DNA of 64,000 bases. Origin: an uncultured Verrucomicrobiae bacterium. GTDB taxonomy: Bacteria; Verrucomicrobiota; Verrucomicrobiia; Chthoniobacterales; Chthoniobacteraceae. Positions 1 to 11,835 of the stretch are shown piece by piece. The notes beneath the pieces were generated by a model. That model searched no databases. It was not told where the DNA came from and saw only the letters and a list, made by a program, of their open reading frames with translations. Positions within the stretch are counted from its first letter, which is position 1, and each line of letters begins with the position of its first letter. The stretch spans positions 384,001 through 448,000 of the forward strand of contig CAWHEP010000002.1 of the NCBI GenBank assembly GCA_963828525.1. The letters run 5' to 3'. The translations under genes were made by a program, and so were the position numbers.

Positions 1-532
1 GCTCGATTCCGGTGATTTCGGGCTGATGAGCCGGCGGGTGGCGAAGCTGGTGCAGGCAATGCCGGAACAGGACCGGTTTGTGCGCGGATTGCGAAGCTGG
101 GTGGGGTTCAAGCAAATTGGCCTGCCTTATGACCGGCCGGAAAGGTTGCACGGGGAGAGCCAATACAATCTGGGCAAGTATCTGCGGCTGGCCATGGATG
201 GCATCTTCAGCTTTTCCAGGGTGCCGCTGCGCTTTGCCCTGGGCATCGGAATCCTGACGGTCGGGCTGTCGATGGCTTACCTGGCGGTTTCTTATGTTAC
301 GACTTTCGTCTTCGGCATTCGACTGATTGCCGGCTGGGCTTCGATCGTGACGCTGATCTTGATTGTCGGCGGCGCCAATATCGTCGTGACTAGCGTGGTC
401 GGGGAGTATGTGGTCCGGATTTACTTTCAGCTCAAATCGCGGCCGCTCTTCGTCGTGGATGACGTTTATGAGAGTCCTGCGCGCGGATTAGCTCCGGGCG
501 AAAGAGAGGGGAATTCGCCGAGGATTGATTGA
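1..532 (+). CDS. GT2 polyprenol-phosphate glycosyltransferase (GtrB/ArnC-like), 5'-truncated by window edge
   Basis: DSGDFGLMSRRV...RFVRGLRSWVGFKQ...GEYVVRIY...RPLFVV motifs plus two C-terminal TM helices. Confidence 0.88.
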   Translation, partial: LDSGDFGLMSRRVAKLVQAMPEQDRFVRGLRSWVGFKQIGLPYDRPERLHGESQYNLGKYLRLAMDGIFSFSRVPLRFALGIGILTVGLSMAYLAVSYVTTFVFGIRLIAGWASIVTLILIVGGANIVVTSVVGEYVVRIYFQLKSRPLFVVDDVYESPARGLAPGEREGNSPRID

Positions 533-2691
533 GAGAAGCAGCCCGGATGAGAGTGTGACGATTACGCCCAGCCAGGCGGCGGCAGAGATGTAGGCGGAGT
601 GCGGGCTTTGAGGATCAGTGACGTGCCTGCGGGCAGGAGACGAGCGATCGCCGTGTAACCATTTTGGGCCATCAAGGGAATTTCCCGATCGGGCTGATCC
701 GCTTGCCAGCAATGAAGAAAGGGGCTGAAGCCGACTGGCAGGAGCGTCGTCCCGTTCGGCTGCAAATCGTCGGGCACGATGCTCAACCGCGCCTCCCGGA
801 GGCCGCGCTCCATGGTGGGGCCGGCAAGGTGAAGATCAATGCCGTTCGTCACGGGGCGCACCTCGCCGAAGGAACGAAGGTCGATGGACATTGGCACATC
901 TTGGCGCCAAATCACGTCGGTGACGCGAAGCCATCTTAGCCTTTGCAGGATGGCTGCCGCCTCGGAAGGCGAATGAACGACGGCCAGGCTGGAGTGGAAG
1001 GCATTTACTTCCAGCCCGGGTTGGGACTGTTCCTCGTGATCGAGAGTGCTGATCCCGGAATACCCCAGGGAGTGGAATAGATAGTCTTCCCGGTCGCCGG
1101 TGTTGCCCGCGCCTTGCGGCCAGATAACCAAGAAGCTGGACGTGCTTAGGGGGTAAGTAGCAAAGTCAGCCGCGCGCAACCTTTGATTCTCCGGCAAGGA
1201 AAAGTAAGCCGGCCGCAACCAATACGGGCATTGCTCCAGGAACAGCAGCAGCATCAGCAAGCCAATCCAGCGGGGCCGGCGCAGCCAGAGATCGAGGGGT
1301 TTGGCGGCCGCCAGGGCCAAGCCGGCCGCGAAGAAGATAAAGCTGCGGTTATTGACCTTGAGGAGCTTTACCCCAGGGATGGCCGAGACAAGAGGGGAAT
1401 CCCTGCCGTAGAATAAGATGGCGCCTCCCACAAACAGACAGGCGGCAAAGCTAAGATAGAAGGTCCCGCTTTTCCGCGCGCTGGCGATAAAACGCCGCCC
1501 ATGGGTTATCCAGCCGGCCGCAATGAGAGCGAACAAGATCAGGCTGATGTATTCCCCCGCCTCCTCCCGGGTTGGGGCCGCCAGGTATTTGACGACCCAT
1601 TTGCAATTCTCGCCGATGCGAACGACCGAGTCCTGGAAGGCGGATATCTGACCGGGCTGGTAAGTATTGAAAGGGCCCAGCGTCTTCAGTGAGACTAAGT
1701 AGGGAAACGCGACCAGGCCCGTCAGCAGGCCGGCCCCGGCGGCCTGCGCGAGCAAGTGTTGTCGCCCCTGCCCGGGGGCGCGGAATAGGGCAAAGAAGAA
1801 GGGAGGCGCCAGAAAGTAAACGGTGAAGAGGGCTGTGACCGGATGAGCCAAGACACAGAGGCCCAGCCAATAACCGGTGCGAAGGGCGTGCCGGAGTTTT
1901 CCGGACTGGAACCAGCGCAAACAGGCGTGGAAGGCCCAGACGGCGAGTGCGCTGGCGACGAGAGTGGGGACGGAGGCGGAAATGTAGTAGAGCAACATCT
2001 CATGGCAGCCGGTGAGCGTGAGCGCGGGAAGGGCGCAGGCGAGCCGGGAAAAGCGGCAGGTCCGCAAGACCCGGTACAAGCCGGCCAGCATGAACAGGTG
2101 GGCAGCGGCGCAGAGAAACTCGAGGTTAAGATCCGTTTGCGCCGGCAGGAGGAGATTAAGGGCTCCGCCGAGCAAGGTTCGGAGCATGGGATATTGCAAA
2201 CCCAGCGTGGTGCCGTTGGCATAGCGGAAAGTATAGAAAGGCCATTCCCCGGCGCGGTAACTGGCGCTCGCCTCCGCGATGGCATTCACATGGCAGAGAA
2301 GATCCCCGGCATCCACAGGCCGGGCGGTAAAGTAAATGGGCAATTGGCAGAGGCCGGCGCTGATCAGGAGCATGGCCGCGCCGCGCCGGGTTTGTAAGTA
2401 ACCGACCGGCGATCCCGTCCGCAGTATTGACAGGAAATAAATGACGAAGCCCAGGAAGAAAAGCAATGAGACGGCGGCGATGAAGGGATGGCCCGAGAGA
2501 ACCGAAACGGCTTTGGCATGCAGACCGCCGAGACTGCCCTTGGTGGAAAGAATTTGATGGCTGAGAACAGAGAACGAAACGAACGACAAGGCCAGCGAAG
2601 CAAGTCCGAAGCTGTTCCATACGGCTCGGTGGCCGGGCTCGTTTACGGCCGCCGGGACTTCAGATCGCATGCGGCACCGAAGCAGGGGCAA
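488..2691 (-). CDS. Multi-pass membrane protein, GT-C-like (PTPS-related domain type); C-terminus probably frameshifted into the 488..712 frame
   Basis: 709-aa ORF with many TM segments, D-x3-H...W...G...QYP pattern, LAHPVTA; final TM helix lies in the adjacent frame. Confidence 0.6.
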
Positions 2692-2757
2692 AATTGGCCG
2701 TCAAGGGAATTGGACCCGCCGGCAGCGGGCAAGAGAGGACCGCAATCTGGTTGTAAC

Positions 2758-3869
2758 CTATGGCGGAGCAAACTGAAACGCTTGCAAGGCCGGGAGCAGG
2801 TTGCCCGAGGGATCGAACAGGGCGCGATCGCCGTGGTGATTGGCCCTCCCGGCCGGGTCTCTCCAGCGGTCCGCAATCCATTCCGGAGCCCAGTAGAAAA
2901 CTCCCGCGCCCCGGCCCTCCGGCGTGGCTGCGACGGTGCGGAAGAGTTCCTCCAGGAATGATTTCTGGCCTTCCGGAGAGCGCGGGAAAGGCAGGCGGCC
3001 TTGTTCCGCGCCGTTCATTGCGTAGCTGGTTTCGACGACGATAATGTTCTTCTGGTAAGTCCGGGCCAGGAAATCGAGGTTCGCCCGAAGGTTCCCGAAG
3101 TCATCTTGTCCGGAAGGATAGAACGATAAACCGATAAAATCGAAGTCCACTCCCTGTTTTTGCAGGTTATCATAAAACCACCGGCACATCGCCTCTTCGC
3201 TGCCCCGGTTGACGTGGATCATGACTTTTATCTTGCCGTCCGGATCGTCTTCTTTCATCCCCTGCAAAGCCGCCTTGAGAAATCCGGCGAAAGGCTCCCA
3301 GTTGGTTTTGACACTAAGGGGCCCGCCTATGGGCCAGAGCATGCCATTGCTGATTTCATTGCCCAGCGCGACCATGTCCGGCGAGCAGCCCTGCTGGCGG
3401 AAAGCGGCAAGGGTGCCGCGGGTATAAGTGCGAACCCGGTTCGCCAATTGAGAGGGCGGCAGGTCCTTCCATTGGCCCGGGATGAACTGGTGCCCGGGAT
3501 CCGCCCATTTGTCGGAGTAATGGAAATCCAGCAGAAGGTGGAACCCGGCCAGCTTGGCGCGCTTGGCCAGCGCCAATGTATAAGAGAGGGTGTTTACCTG
3601 CCCTTTGGTGCCATCCGGATTTACAAAGAGCCGCAGGCGGACGTAGTTGCAGCCGTGCTCTTTGAAGATCAGCAGCGGGTCCTTGACCTGTCCCGCTTCG
3701 CGGTAGGTTACGCCATGATCCTGAAGGTACTGCAGCATGGATAGGTCCGCGCCTTTGGCAAATTCTCCCTGGGAAGCAGCCCGGCTGCATCCGCCGGAGA
3801 GGAAGGTAAGAAGGCAACACAGTTCAGCATGAGAGCGGCTCCGAGCGCCCCAAGGTGGAACTTATGCAC
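2758..3869 (-). CDS. GH53 endo-1,4-beta-galactanase; N-terminal lipoprotein-like signal lies across a probable frameshift
   Basis: KGADLS, NYVRLRLFVNP, LLDFHYSDKWADPG, GNEI, VETSY, FYWAPEW; upstream LLTFLSGGC. Confidence 0.9.
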
Positions 3870-3915
3870 AAACTTGGCACATGGCACTTAATGAAGGACG
3901 AAGCGCGGCCTGCGC

Positions 3916-6686
3916 TTACACAGGGCCGCCGGCGCTTTTCAGCGCCTCCTGCATGTGCGCGATATGGTCGGGGTCCCGCACTTTGCGGCCGTCGAAGTTG
4001 GTAACGTAGAAGCTATCGATGGCGGCGCCCTTCTCCGTGGTGATGCGGGAAAGGGCGATATTCACTTGCGCGTCGGTGAAGGCGCGCAGCAGGAAATAGA
4101 GGAGGCCGAGGCGGTCCGGCGTTTGCAGATCGACCAGGGTGTAAACCGGGTGCGCGTCATTATCGATGGAGATGCGCGTGGGGAAGTCGAGTTCCTGGGA
4201 AAGATGAAAGCCGGGGCGGCGCTTGGCCTTCTGGAGCAAGCGGGCGGAAATCGAAATCTTCCTGCGAAAGAGCCAGGCGCAGGTTTTTCTCCACGTTCGC
4301 GATGTCGCGCTGGTCGGTCACGGCCTGGAACTTCGTGTCGCAGACGCGGAAGATATCCAGCACCATGCTGTCGCTGCGGGTGAAGATATCGGCGCTGAGG
4401 ATGTTCAGGTGAGCGACGGAGAGGGAGCCGGCGATCTTGGTGAGCAGAGCCTTGCGGTCCCAGCGTGCAGATCCAGACTTCGGTGTGCCCCTGCTCCGGG
4501 CGCGCGAATCCATTTGACCACCGGGGCCAGCGCGTTTTCGCCTTCGCTGGCGGCGATTTCCAGGAAGCTGTGGAAATGCCGGATGTGGGCGGCGATCTCC
4601 TCGGCGGAGTTCGTCTGGAAATAGTAGTCCGGCATGAACTGGAAGTGCGCGTCCACTTCATCCTCGAATTCCGGCGGCAACGCGGCGAGACTTCGCCCCG
4701 CAGGCTCTCGCGCTCGATGTTCCGCTGGCGGTAGAACGATTCGCCATCCTGCAGGAAATGGGTGGTGGAGCGATAGAGCTGCCAGACGAGCGATTCCTTC
4801 CAGTCCGACCAGTTCTCATCGCCCGTGCCCTGGCCATCGACGAGCGTCAGCAGCATGAGCGCGTCGAGATTCGCCTGGTTTTTCACCACGTTCGCAAATT
4901 CCTCGACCGTGGCGGGATCATCCAGGTTGCGCCGCTGGGCCACATTGGAGAGCGTCATGTGGTTATCCACCAGCAGGATGAGCGATTTGCGCCGCTCCGA
5001 GGAGAGCTGGAGCCGGCGAGGCGACTTTCTGCGCGTAGAGCGCGCTGGCCTCGGCGTGGTGGCGCGCGCCGGTGGCCTTGCCGGTATCGTGCAGGATGAG
5101 CGCGAGGTAGAGCACGAAGGGGTCTTCCAGCTTGTGGAAGAGCGTGCGGTAGTCGTGCAGCTTCGGCGTCGCTCGTATCGATGAGCGAGTCGAGCTTCTC
5201 GATGCAGACCAGGGTGTGTTCATCCGCGGTGTAGCGGTGGAAAAACTCGTGCTGCACCAGGCAGGTGAGCTCGCCGAACTCCGGGATGTAGCGCCCCAGG
5301 AAATCGACCGTGTGCATCATGCGCAGCGTGCGCCCGACCTCGCCCTTGCGGGAGAGGATGGCGGAGAAAGTCTCGCGCGCCGCGCGGGAGTATTGGAAGG
5401 TGCGATCCACCAGCTGCAGGCGGCGGCGGACCAATTGCTGGAGCTCCGGGCGAGAGCCGCAGGTGCCGGAGCTGCGCGTGCTGGAAGACGCGCATGAGCG
5501 CGGTAGGGGTCCTGGTTGAAAACGTCGCGGCTGTCCGCGTAGATCAGGTCGTCCTCGCGAGTGGAAGCCGTCGAAATGTTCCACCGGCTTGCGGCGGCTG
5601 GGCAGGAGGCCGAGGAGGCCGGAGCGCTTGGCCTCCAGCTCGCTCAGGCAGAGGCGCTCGGCGAGCAGTTCGGTGAGGTGAAAGATATTGCGCGCGTGCT
5701 GGTAGTACTCGCGCATGAAGGCCTCGGTGCGGCGCAGGATATTCTTCTGCGGGTAGTTGAAGCTGTTGGCGATCTGGCCCTGGAAGACGAGGCTGAGGAC
5801 ATCCGTGCCGCGCTTGTTCAGGTAGTGCAGCTCGGTGCGGACGCGGAGGAGGAAATCGTAGGCGCGATCCAGCTGGCGGCGCTCGGCTTCCGTGAGGAGC
5901 TTTTTCTGCACGAGGCCGGCCGTGGAGGGGACGCCCTCCTTGAAGAAGGCGACCCAGAGCAGGTTTTGGTAATCGCGCAGGCTGCCGCAGCCGTTCTTGG
6001 TATTCGGCTCCTGCATGAAAACGGAGCCGCCGAATTTCGCGTGGCGCTCCGCCTGGTTGGTCACGCGCTCCAGGATGTAGGCCTTCTCGTGCCCGCGCAC
6101 GCAGCGCTTCACGAACTCGGTGCGGAATTGCTCGAAGAGCGGCTTGTCGCCCGGCCACGTGCCGCGCCTCCAGCAGCGAGGTCTTGGAGAGCATGTCGAT
6201 ATTGGCCTGCTTGACGGCGCCGGCGATGGAGCGGGTGGAATGGCCGACCTTGAAGCCGATGTCCCAGAGCATGTAGAGGATGAGCTGGACGATCTCGTTG
6301 AGCTGCGGGCGGGATCTCCTTCACCGAGGTGGCGTGCAGGAACATGATATCGACATCGCTGAAGGGGTTCAGCTCGCCGCGGCCATAGCCGCCGATGGCC
6401 ACGAGCGAGATATCCGGCAGGCCCGGGTGCATATCCTGCGCCTTGGCCACCGAGGCCTCGAAGAGATGGCGCAGAACGATATCCACCAGGCTGGCGCGCT
6501 GGTGGGCGATCTCGCGGCCGCCCTCGCCCGCGTAATGCTTCAGGCGGAGGCGGTGGTTTTCGATCTTGAGGAAGCGCTTGTAGAGGGCGAGGAGCTCCGC
6601 GGGGCTTTCCTTGCCTTGGCGGGCCAGTTGCTGCTCCGCGTGCGCGAGCACTTTCTCGCGATGGCGCAGGACCGTGTCCGAGCCAT
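3916..6686 (-). CDS. glnD: [Protein-PII] uridylyltransferase (several apparent frameshifts)
   Basis: AIGGYGRGELNPFSDVDIMF, LWDIGFKVGHS, EPNTKNGCGSLRD, QHEFFHRYTADEH, LHDTGK, C-terminal ACT domains (DRLGLLY), spread over consecutive frames. Confidence 0.95.
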
Positions 6687-6734
6687 CGCGTAACGGAGGG
6701 CGCGGTGGCGCGCGGCGGTGGTGGTTTTGCTCGC

Positions 6735-8129
6735 TCACTTCAACTGGATTCCGTAACGCTTCATCTTCGAGTACAGGGTGGGGCGGTGGATGCCCAGTAC
6801 GGTGGCGGCCTTCTTTTTGTTGCCGTGGCACTGGGCCAGGGCGCGCAGGATGGCTTCGCGCTCGCGTTCCTCCAGCTTCAGATTGGTATCCGGCGCCCAG
6901 GGGGCGGTTGGCCACTTCCTGCAGGATGGCGCGGGAGGTGCAGCTCGCGCGGGCAGATGCTTCATCGGTGACCAGCGCCGTCCTCGGAGAGGACGACGCT
7001 GTGCTCCACGGCGTTCTGCAATTCGCGCACGTTGCCCGGCCAGCTGTAGTCGACGAGGTACTGGAAGGCCTCCGGGGTGAATTGCGGCTCCGGCTTGTTC
7101 ATCTGCGAGGCGAAGCGGCGGGCGAAAAGGGCGGTGAGCGAGGGGATATCCTCGCGGCGTTCGCGCAGCGGCGGGACCTCGATCTGGAAGGTCTTCAGGC
7201 GGTAGTAGAGGTCCTGGCGCAGGCCGCCCGAGGCGAGGGCCTCCGGGATGGCGCGGTTGGTCGCGGCCACGAGGCGGAAGTTCGCCTTGATGGTCTTGGT
7301 GCTGCCCGAGCGGGCGGAACTCGCGCTCCTGGAGCACGCGCAGGAAGCGGGTCTGCAGCTCCGGCGGCATCTCGGCGATTTCATCGAGGAACAGGGTGCC
7401 GCCCGAGGATTCCTGGATCATGCCGGGGAAATCGTTCACCGCGCCGGTAAAGGCGCCCTTCACGTAGCCGAAAAGCTCGGACTCGATCATGTTCTGCGGG
7501 AAGGCGGCGCAGTTCAATTTCACGAGCGGGCCGTGGTGGCGCTGGCTGCCGCGGTGGAGCATGTTCGCGATGACTTCCTTGCCGACGCCGCTCTCGCCGG
7601 TGATGAGGACATTGGCATCGCTGGGCGCAACGCGGGCGACGAGATCGTTGATCTCGCGCATGCGGCGGCTGGTGAAGACCGGGGCGAGCTGCTGCTGCAC
7701 CTCCTCGAGCTGGCGGGAGAGCTCGGCGGTCTTCGCCATGAGGTGTCTCGCGGTCGATGACGAGCTCGCGCTGCTCGAGGGCGCGGCGGATCACGTTCAC
7801 CAGTTCCTCTGGCGCGTAGGGCTTGGAGATGAAATGGAAGGCGCCGAGCTTGATGGACTCGATGGCGTTGCTGAGCGAATCCTGCGCGGTGATGATGATG
7901 ACGACGACTCCGGGGTGGAGTTGCTTGATGCGGGCGAGCGTCTCGAGTCCATCGGCATCCGGCAGGCCGAGGTCCTGCAGGACGAGCTCGGGCTTGGATT
8001 TCTCGAGCGGCGGCGATGCCGGCGGCGGCGGTGGCGGCGACCTGGACGGCGATAGCCGTGGCGCTTCAGCAGGGCCTCGAGCGTGAGCAGGATGGGCCGC
8101 TCGTCATCGATGATGAGGATCTTGTTCAT
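6735..8129 (-). CDS. Sigma54-dependent NtrC/AtoC-family response regulator (REC-AAA+-Fis HTH), frameshifted
   Basis: [10 protein letters not shown] receiver; [53 protein letters not shown]. Confidence 0.93.
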
Positions 8130-8132
8130 CGT

Positions 8133-8843
8133 TCAAGCCGGAGCGGCTCCGGCCGTGACCGGGAAGCTGAGGCGGACCCGCATCTCTCCGGCGGCTTCGT
8201 CGTAGCGGGCATCCCACGTTCCGCCCAGCGCAGCCAGGATGCGGCGCACATGGAAAAGGCCGAGCCCATAGCCGCCGCGGCGGTCGGAAACAAGCGGCTC
8301 GCGGCCCCAGCGCATGGGATCGCCCGCGGGGGCGGAACGGACGCTGGCGGACCTCGAAGAGCGACCGCGCCGGATGCGGCGCGCGCGGAAAAATGGATGG
8401 GCACGTCGCCTTCACGGAAGTAGAGGGCGTTGGTGAGGATCTCCACGAGGGCGGCGGTAAGGAGATTGAAGTCGAGGTTGATCTCCTCGCCGCCGAGCGG
8501 CGATCTCCCAGACGATGCGTTTGGCCTGCGCCTCGAATTTCCGGTCGACGGTATCCTGGACGCCCTCCACGAGCTCGGCGGCCGGGTAGTTCAGCAGGGT
8601 GGGCCGCAGTTCGCCGAAGCGCGAAGAGAGCGCCTGCATGGCCTCGGTGACGTGATTGACCATGTCGCGAAGCTTGCCGAGCTCCGTCGCGGACTTCTTT
8701 TTCCTCGGCGATCTCCGCGATGAAGGAGGACTGGAGGTCGATGGCGTTCAGGCCGTTGCGGACGTCGTGCGTGATGAGGCGCACGAAGGCCGGCCACGCG
8801 GTCGAAGGCCACGGGGGGAAGCGGATCGGGTAGAGTTATCCAT
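8133..8843 (-). CDS. Short cytoplasmic histidine kinase-like protein without a sensor domain, frameshifted
   Basis: H-box THDVRNGLNAI, N-box EILTNALYF, G2 box GGYGLGLFHVRRILAALGG. Confidence 0.72.
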
Positions 8844-8851
8844 TGGGGGAT

Positions 8852-10422
8852 TTACAGTACACGGAACGTCTCGGCGCCGGGAGTGGAGGCGCTCGATTTC
8901 TCGCATCTTCGGACGAGTTTGCCGCCAAATGATTCAAGACATGGTAGACGTCTTCCGCATCGGCGCTGGACGGCGGCGGCGATCTGCTCCGCGGTTTGCC
9001 CCTCGCCGCCGAGGGCGGCGCGGACTTCGCTCTGCAGGGCGAGCACGCGAGCGGCGGCTTTCTTGCCCGCCTCCACGCCGGGCTGGTGGTAGGCGTTGAT
9101 ATTGACCAGGCTGGCGTAGAAGCCGACGGCCCGCTCGTAGAGGGCGATGAGCGCGCCGACGATGAAGGCGTCGACCGCGGGGACGGAGAGCGTCATGGAG
9201 TCGCGGCCGTTTTCGTAGAGGGCCGTGCGGGTGCCGCGCAGGAAGCCCTGGAGGTAATCGCCGCGCGGTGACGCCGGGCTCGACTTCCAGCGGTGCGCCA
9301 TCCAGGTCCTTTCGCACCTCGATGAAGGTGGCGAAGAAATTCGGCACGCCCTCGCGCAACTGCTGCACGTAAGCGTGCTGGTCGGTGGAGCCTTTGTTGC
9401 CATACACGGCGATGCCCTGGTGGACGATGTTGCCCGTCGAGATCGCGCTCCTTGCCGAGCGATTCCATGACGAGCTGCTGGAGGTATTTCGAGAAGAGCA
9501 CGAGCCGGTCCTTGTAGGGCAGGATGACCATGTCCTTCTCGCCCTTGCCCTTGCCGGCGTAGTGCCACATGAGCGCGAGGAGCATGGCGGCGTTTTCCTT
9601 CTCCTTCGGGATGCGGGTCTTTTCATCCATGGCGGCGGCGCCGGCCAGGAATTGGTCGATGTCGAGCCCCTGCAAGGCCATGGGCACCAGGCCCACGGCG
9701 CTCATGACCGAGGTGCGGCCGCCCACCCAATCCCACATCGGGAAACGGCGCAGCCAGCCGCCTTTTACCGCGACCTGGTCGAGCTCGCTGCCCGCGCCGG
9801 TCACGGCCACGGCGTGCTCGGCGAAGTTCAGCCCGGCGCGCTCGTAGCGGGCCTGGGCTTCCAGCATGCCGTTGCGGGTTTCCTTGGTGCCGCCGGATTT
9901 GGAGACGACGAGGGTGAGAGTGGTGGCGAGCCGCTCGATGGCGTCGAAGGTTTTGTCGAAGCCGTCGGGGTCGGTGTTGTCGAGAAAGTGGATGCGCATG
10001 GCATCCGCCTGCGTGCCGAGGGCCTGGGCGATGAATTGCGGGCCCGAGCGCGGAGCCGCCGATGCCGATCAGCAGCACGTCGGTGAATTTCGCGCCGCCG
10101 GCGGTGATCTTGCCGCCGTGGATGGCGGCGGCGAAGTCCTGGATATCGGCCTTGGTCTGCTCGATTTCCTGGCGCAGTTCCGGGGTGGGCGCAAGCGCGG
10201 GATTGCGCAGCCAGTAGTGGCCGACCATGCGCTTTTCGTCGGGGTTGGCGATGGCGCCGGCCTCCAGCTCGCGCATGGCGGCGAAGGCCTCGGCGGCGAG
10301 CGGCTCCATTTTGGGCAGGAAATCGTCGCCGAAACGCATCCGGCTGATATCGAGAGAAATGCCTAAATCTTCGTAGCGGACGAGGTACGACTGGAATCGG
10401 CCCCAAAGAGATGGTGTGACAT
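8852..10422 (-). CDS. pgi: Glucose-6-phosphate isomerase (frameshifted)
   Basis: [61 protein letters not shown]. Confidence 0.96.
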
Positions 10423-10513
10423 GGGGCAATTCGACGAAAGTTTGCCCCGGAAAGGAATGCAAAATTTGCGGGAGCTAGGCGGATCGGGATTGTCCGCCGG
10501 AAGGGCTATAGCT

Positions 10514-11817
10514 CTACGGCGCGAAATCCCAGGCTACGGCGTAGCCCTCGCGCGGAGTGATGGCGGCGCCGCCGCCGAGTTTTACCACTTCCAGGTCGTA
10601 GGTGTCGGAGGTAAGGCCGGTCAGGTAGAGGTGCTGCACGTTATCGACGGTGCTTTCGCTGGAGGAGACGAGGCTGCCGGAGGAATTGTAGAGGTAGAGC
10701 GCCAGGCGATTGATGCGGGAGCGGCCGTAGATCGCGGTTCCAGACCAGGGTCGCGGCGAAGTTTCCGGAGCCCTGCATGCGGTAGTGGTTTACGCCGTTC
10801 CGCCCGGCGCTGCTGCCGATCCGGCGCAAATCCCAGCCTCGCCCCGTGCCGATGACGCTCCCCGCGGCCGCCGCGGGATGGCCTTGCGCTAACTCCGGCG
10901 CGGTTTTGTGGGAGGGAGGGTGTTTTCCCCGCGCAACTCGTTGTAGGAGGTGAAGAGGTTCAGCACGCCCGCGCCGTAATTGGAATCGAGGGGAACGGTG
11001 GAGGAATGGCTCCAGCCCGGGGGCTTGGCCGCGCCATTCAGAAGAAGCGCTTTCACGGTGCGGCAGTCCGTGGCGGCGGCGGCATGGGGGCCGAGACGGC
11101 GGCCGGCCTGAATCAGGACGGCGGCTGCACCGGACACCAGGGGAGTCGAGAAGCTGGTCTCGGCGGCGCGGCGCCACGAGGTCCGGCTTGCAGCGCCCGT
11201 CGTTGGTGGGACCGTTGCTGGAGGAGCCGCCATACGCGCCCACGCCGATGCCATTGTAGCAATCCGAAGGAGTTAGAATCGCGCCCCCGTTGCCGATGCC
11301 GGAAACGACGACCGGATGATGGAGGGCGATGTAGTCGTCGTACCGCTCATCCTCCGCGGCGTCATGCGAGCCGAACTCGAAGCTTTGGTTGATGACCCGC
11401 GCGGCGGTCACCCGGAGCGGCTGCTGTGAAATAACGGGTCTGCTCCACGGCGACCCGCCGCAAGCCAGGTGCGACTCCGCTGGCCGGGCTGTAAAGCATT
11501 TGGCCGACCTCATCCGCATGGCTCGACTCGCTGCCCACCTTGTTCGGAAAAGCATTGGAAGCGCCGGCGGTCGAGATTGATAGGTAAAAAGGGCGACCGG
11601 CTGGCCGACGCTGGCCGGGTTCACCTCGAACTGCGCGGGATTCGGCGCGGATCGACCTGCAAGAGGAGGACTCCGGCGCCCGTGAGCGAGGGATCGCGAT
11701 TTCGCAGCGTGGTGACTCCGATGGCATCGAGCGTGCCATCCGCAAGAGAGGAAGCGGGAGAGGCGCAGAAAAGAGCAGCGGTAAAATAAGAGACGAGGGA
11801 ACGGCAAGGCGAGGCAT
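10514..11817 (-). CDS. Secreted S8 subtilisin-like peptidase (frameshifted)
   Basis: Signal peptide; SSHADEVG, GRCKPDLVAP, TSFSTPLVSGAAAVL, VKALLLNGA, YGAGVLN; C-terminal VDNVQHLY...YAVAW. Confidence 0.82.
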
Positions 11818-11835
11818 TCTGGTGGATATGGCAGA

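Noticed and set aside
668..2712. Near-repeat GGCC(A/G)TCAAGGGAATT at about 668 and 2696
   Set aside because: Only 16 bp, one copy lies within coding sequence, and there are no mobility features; probably chance
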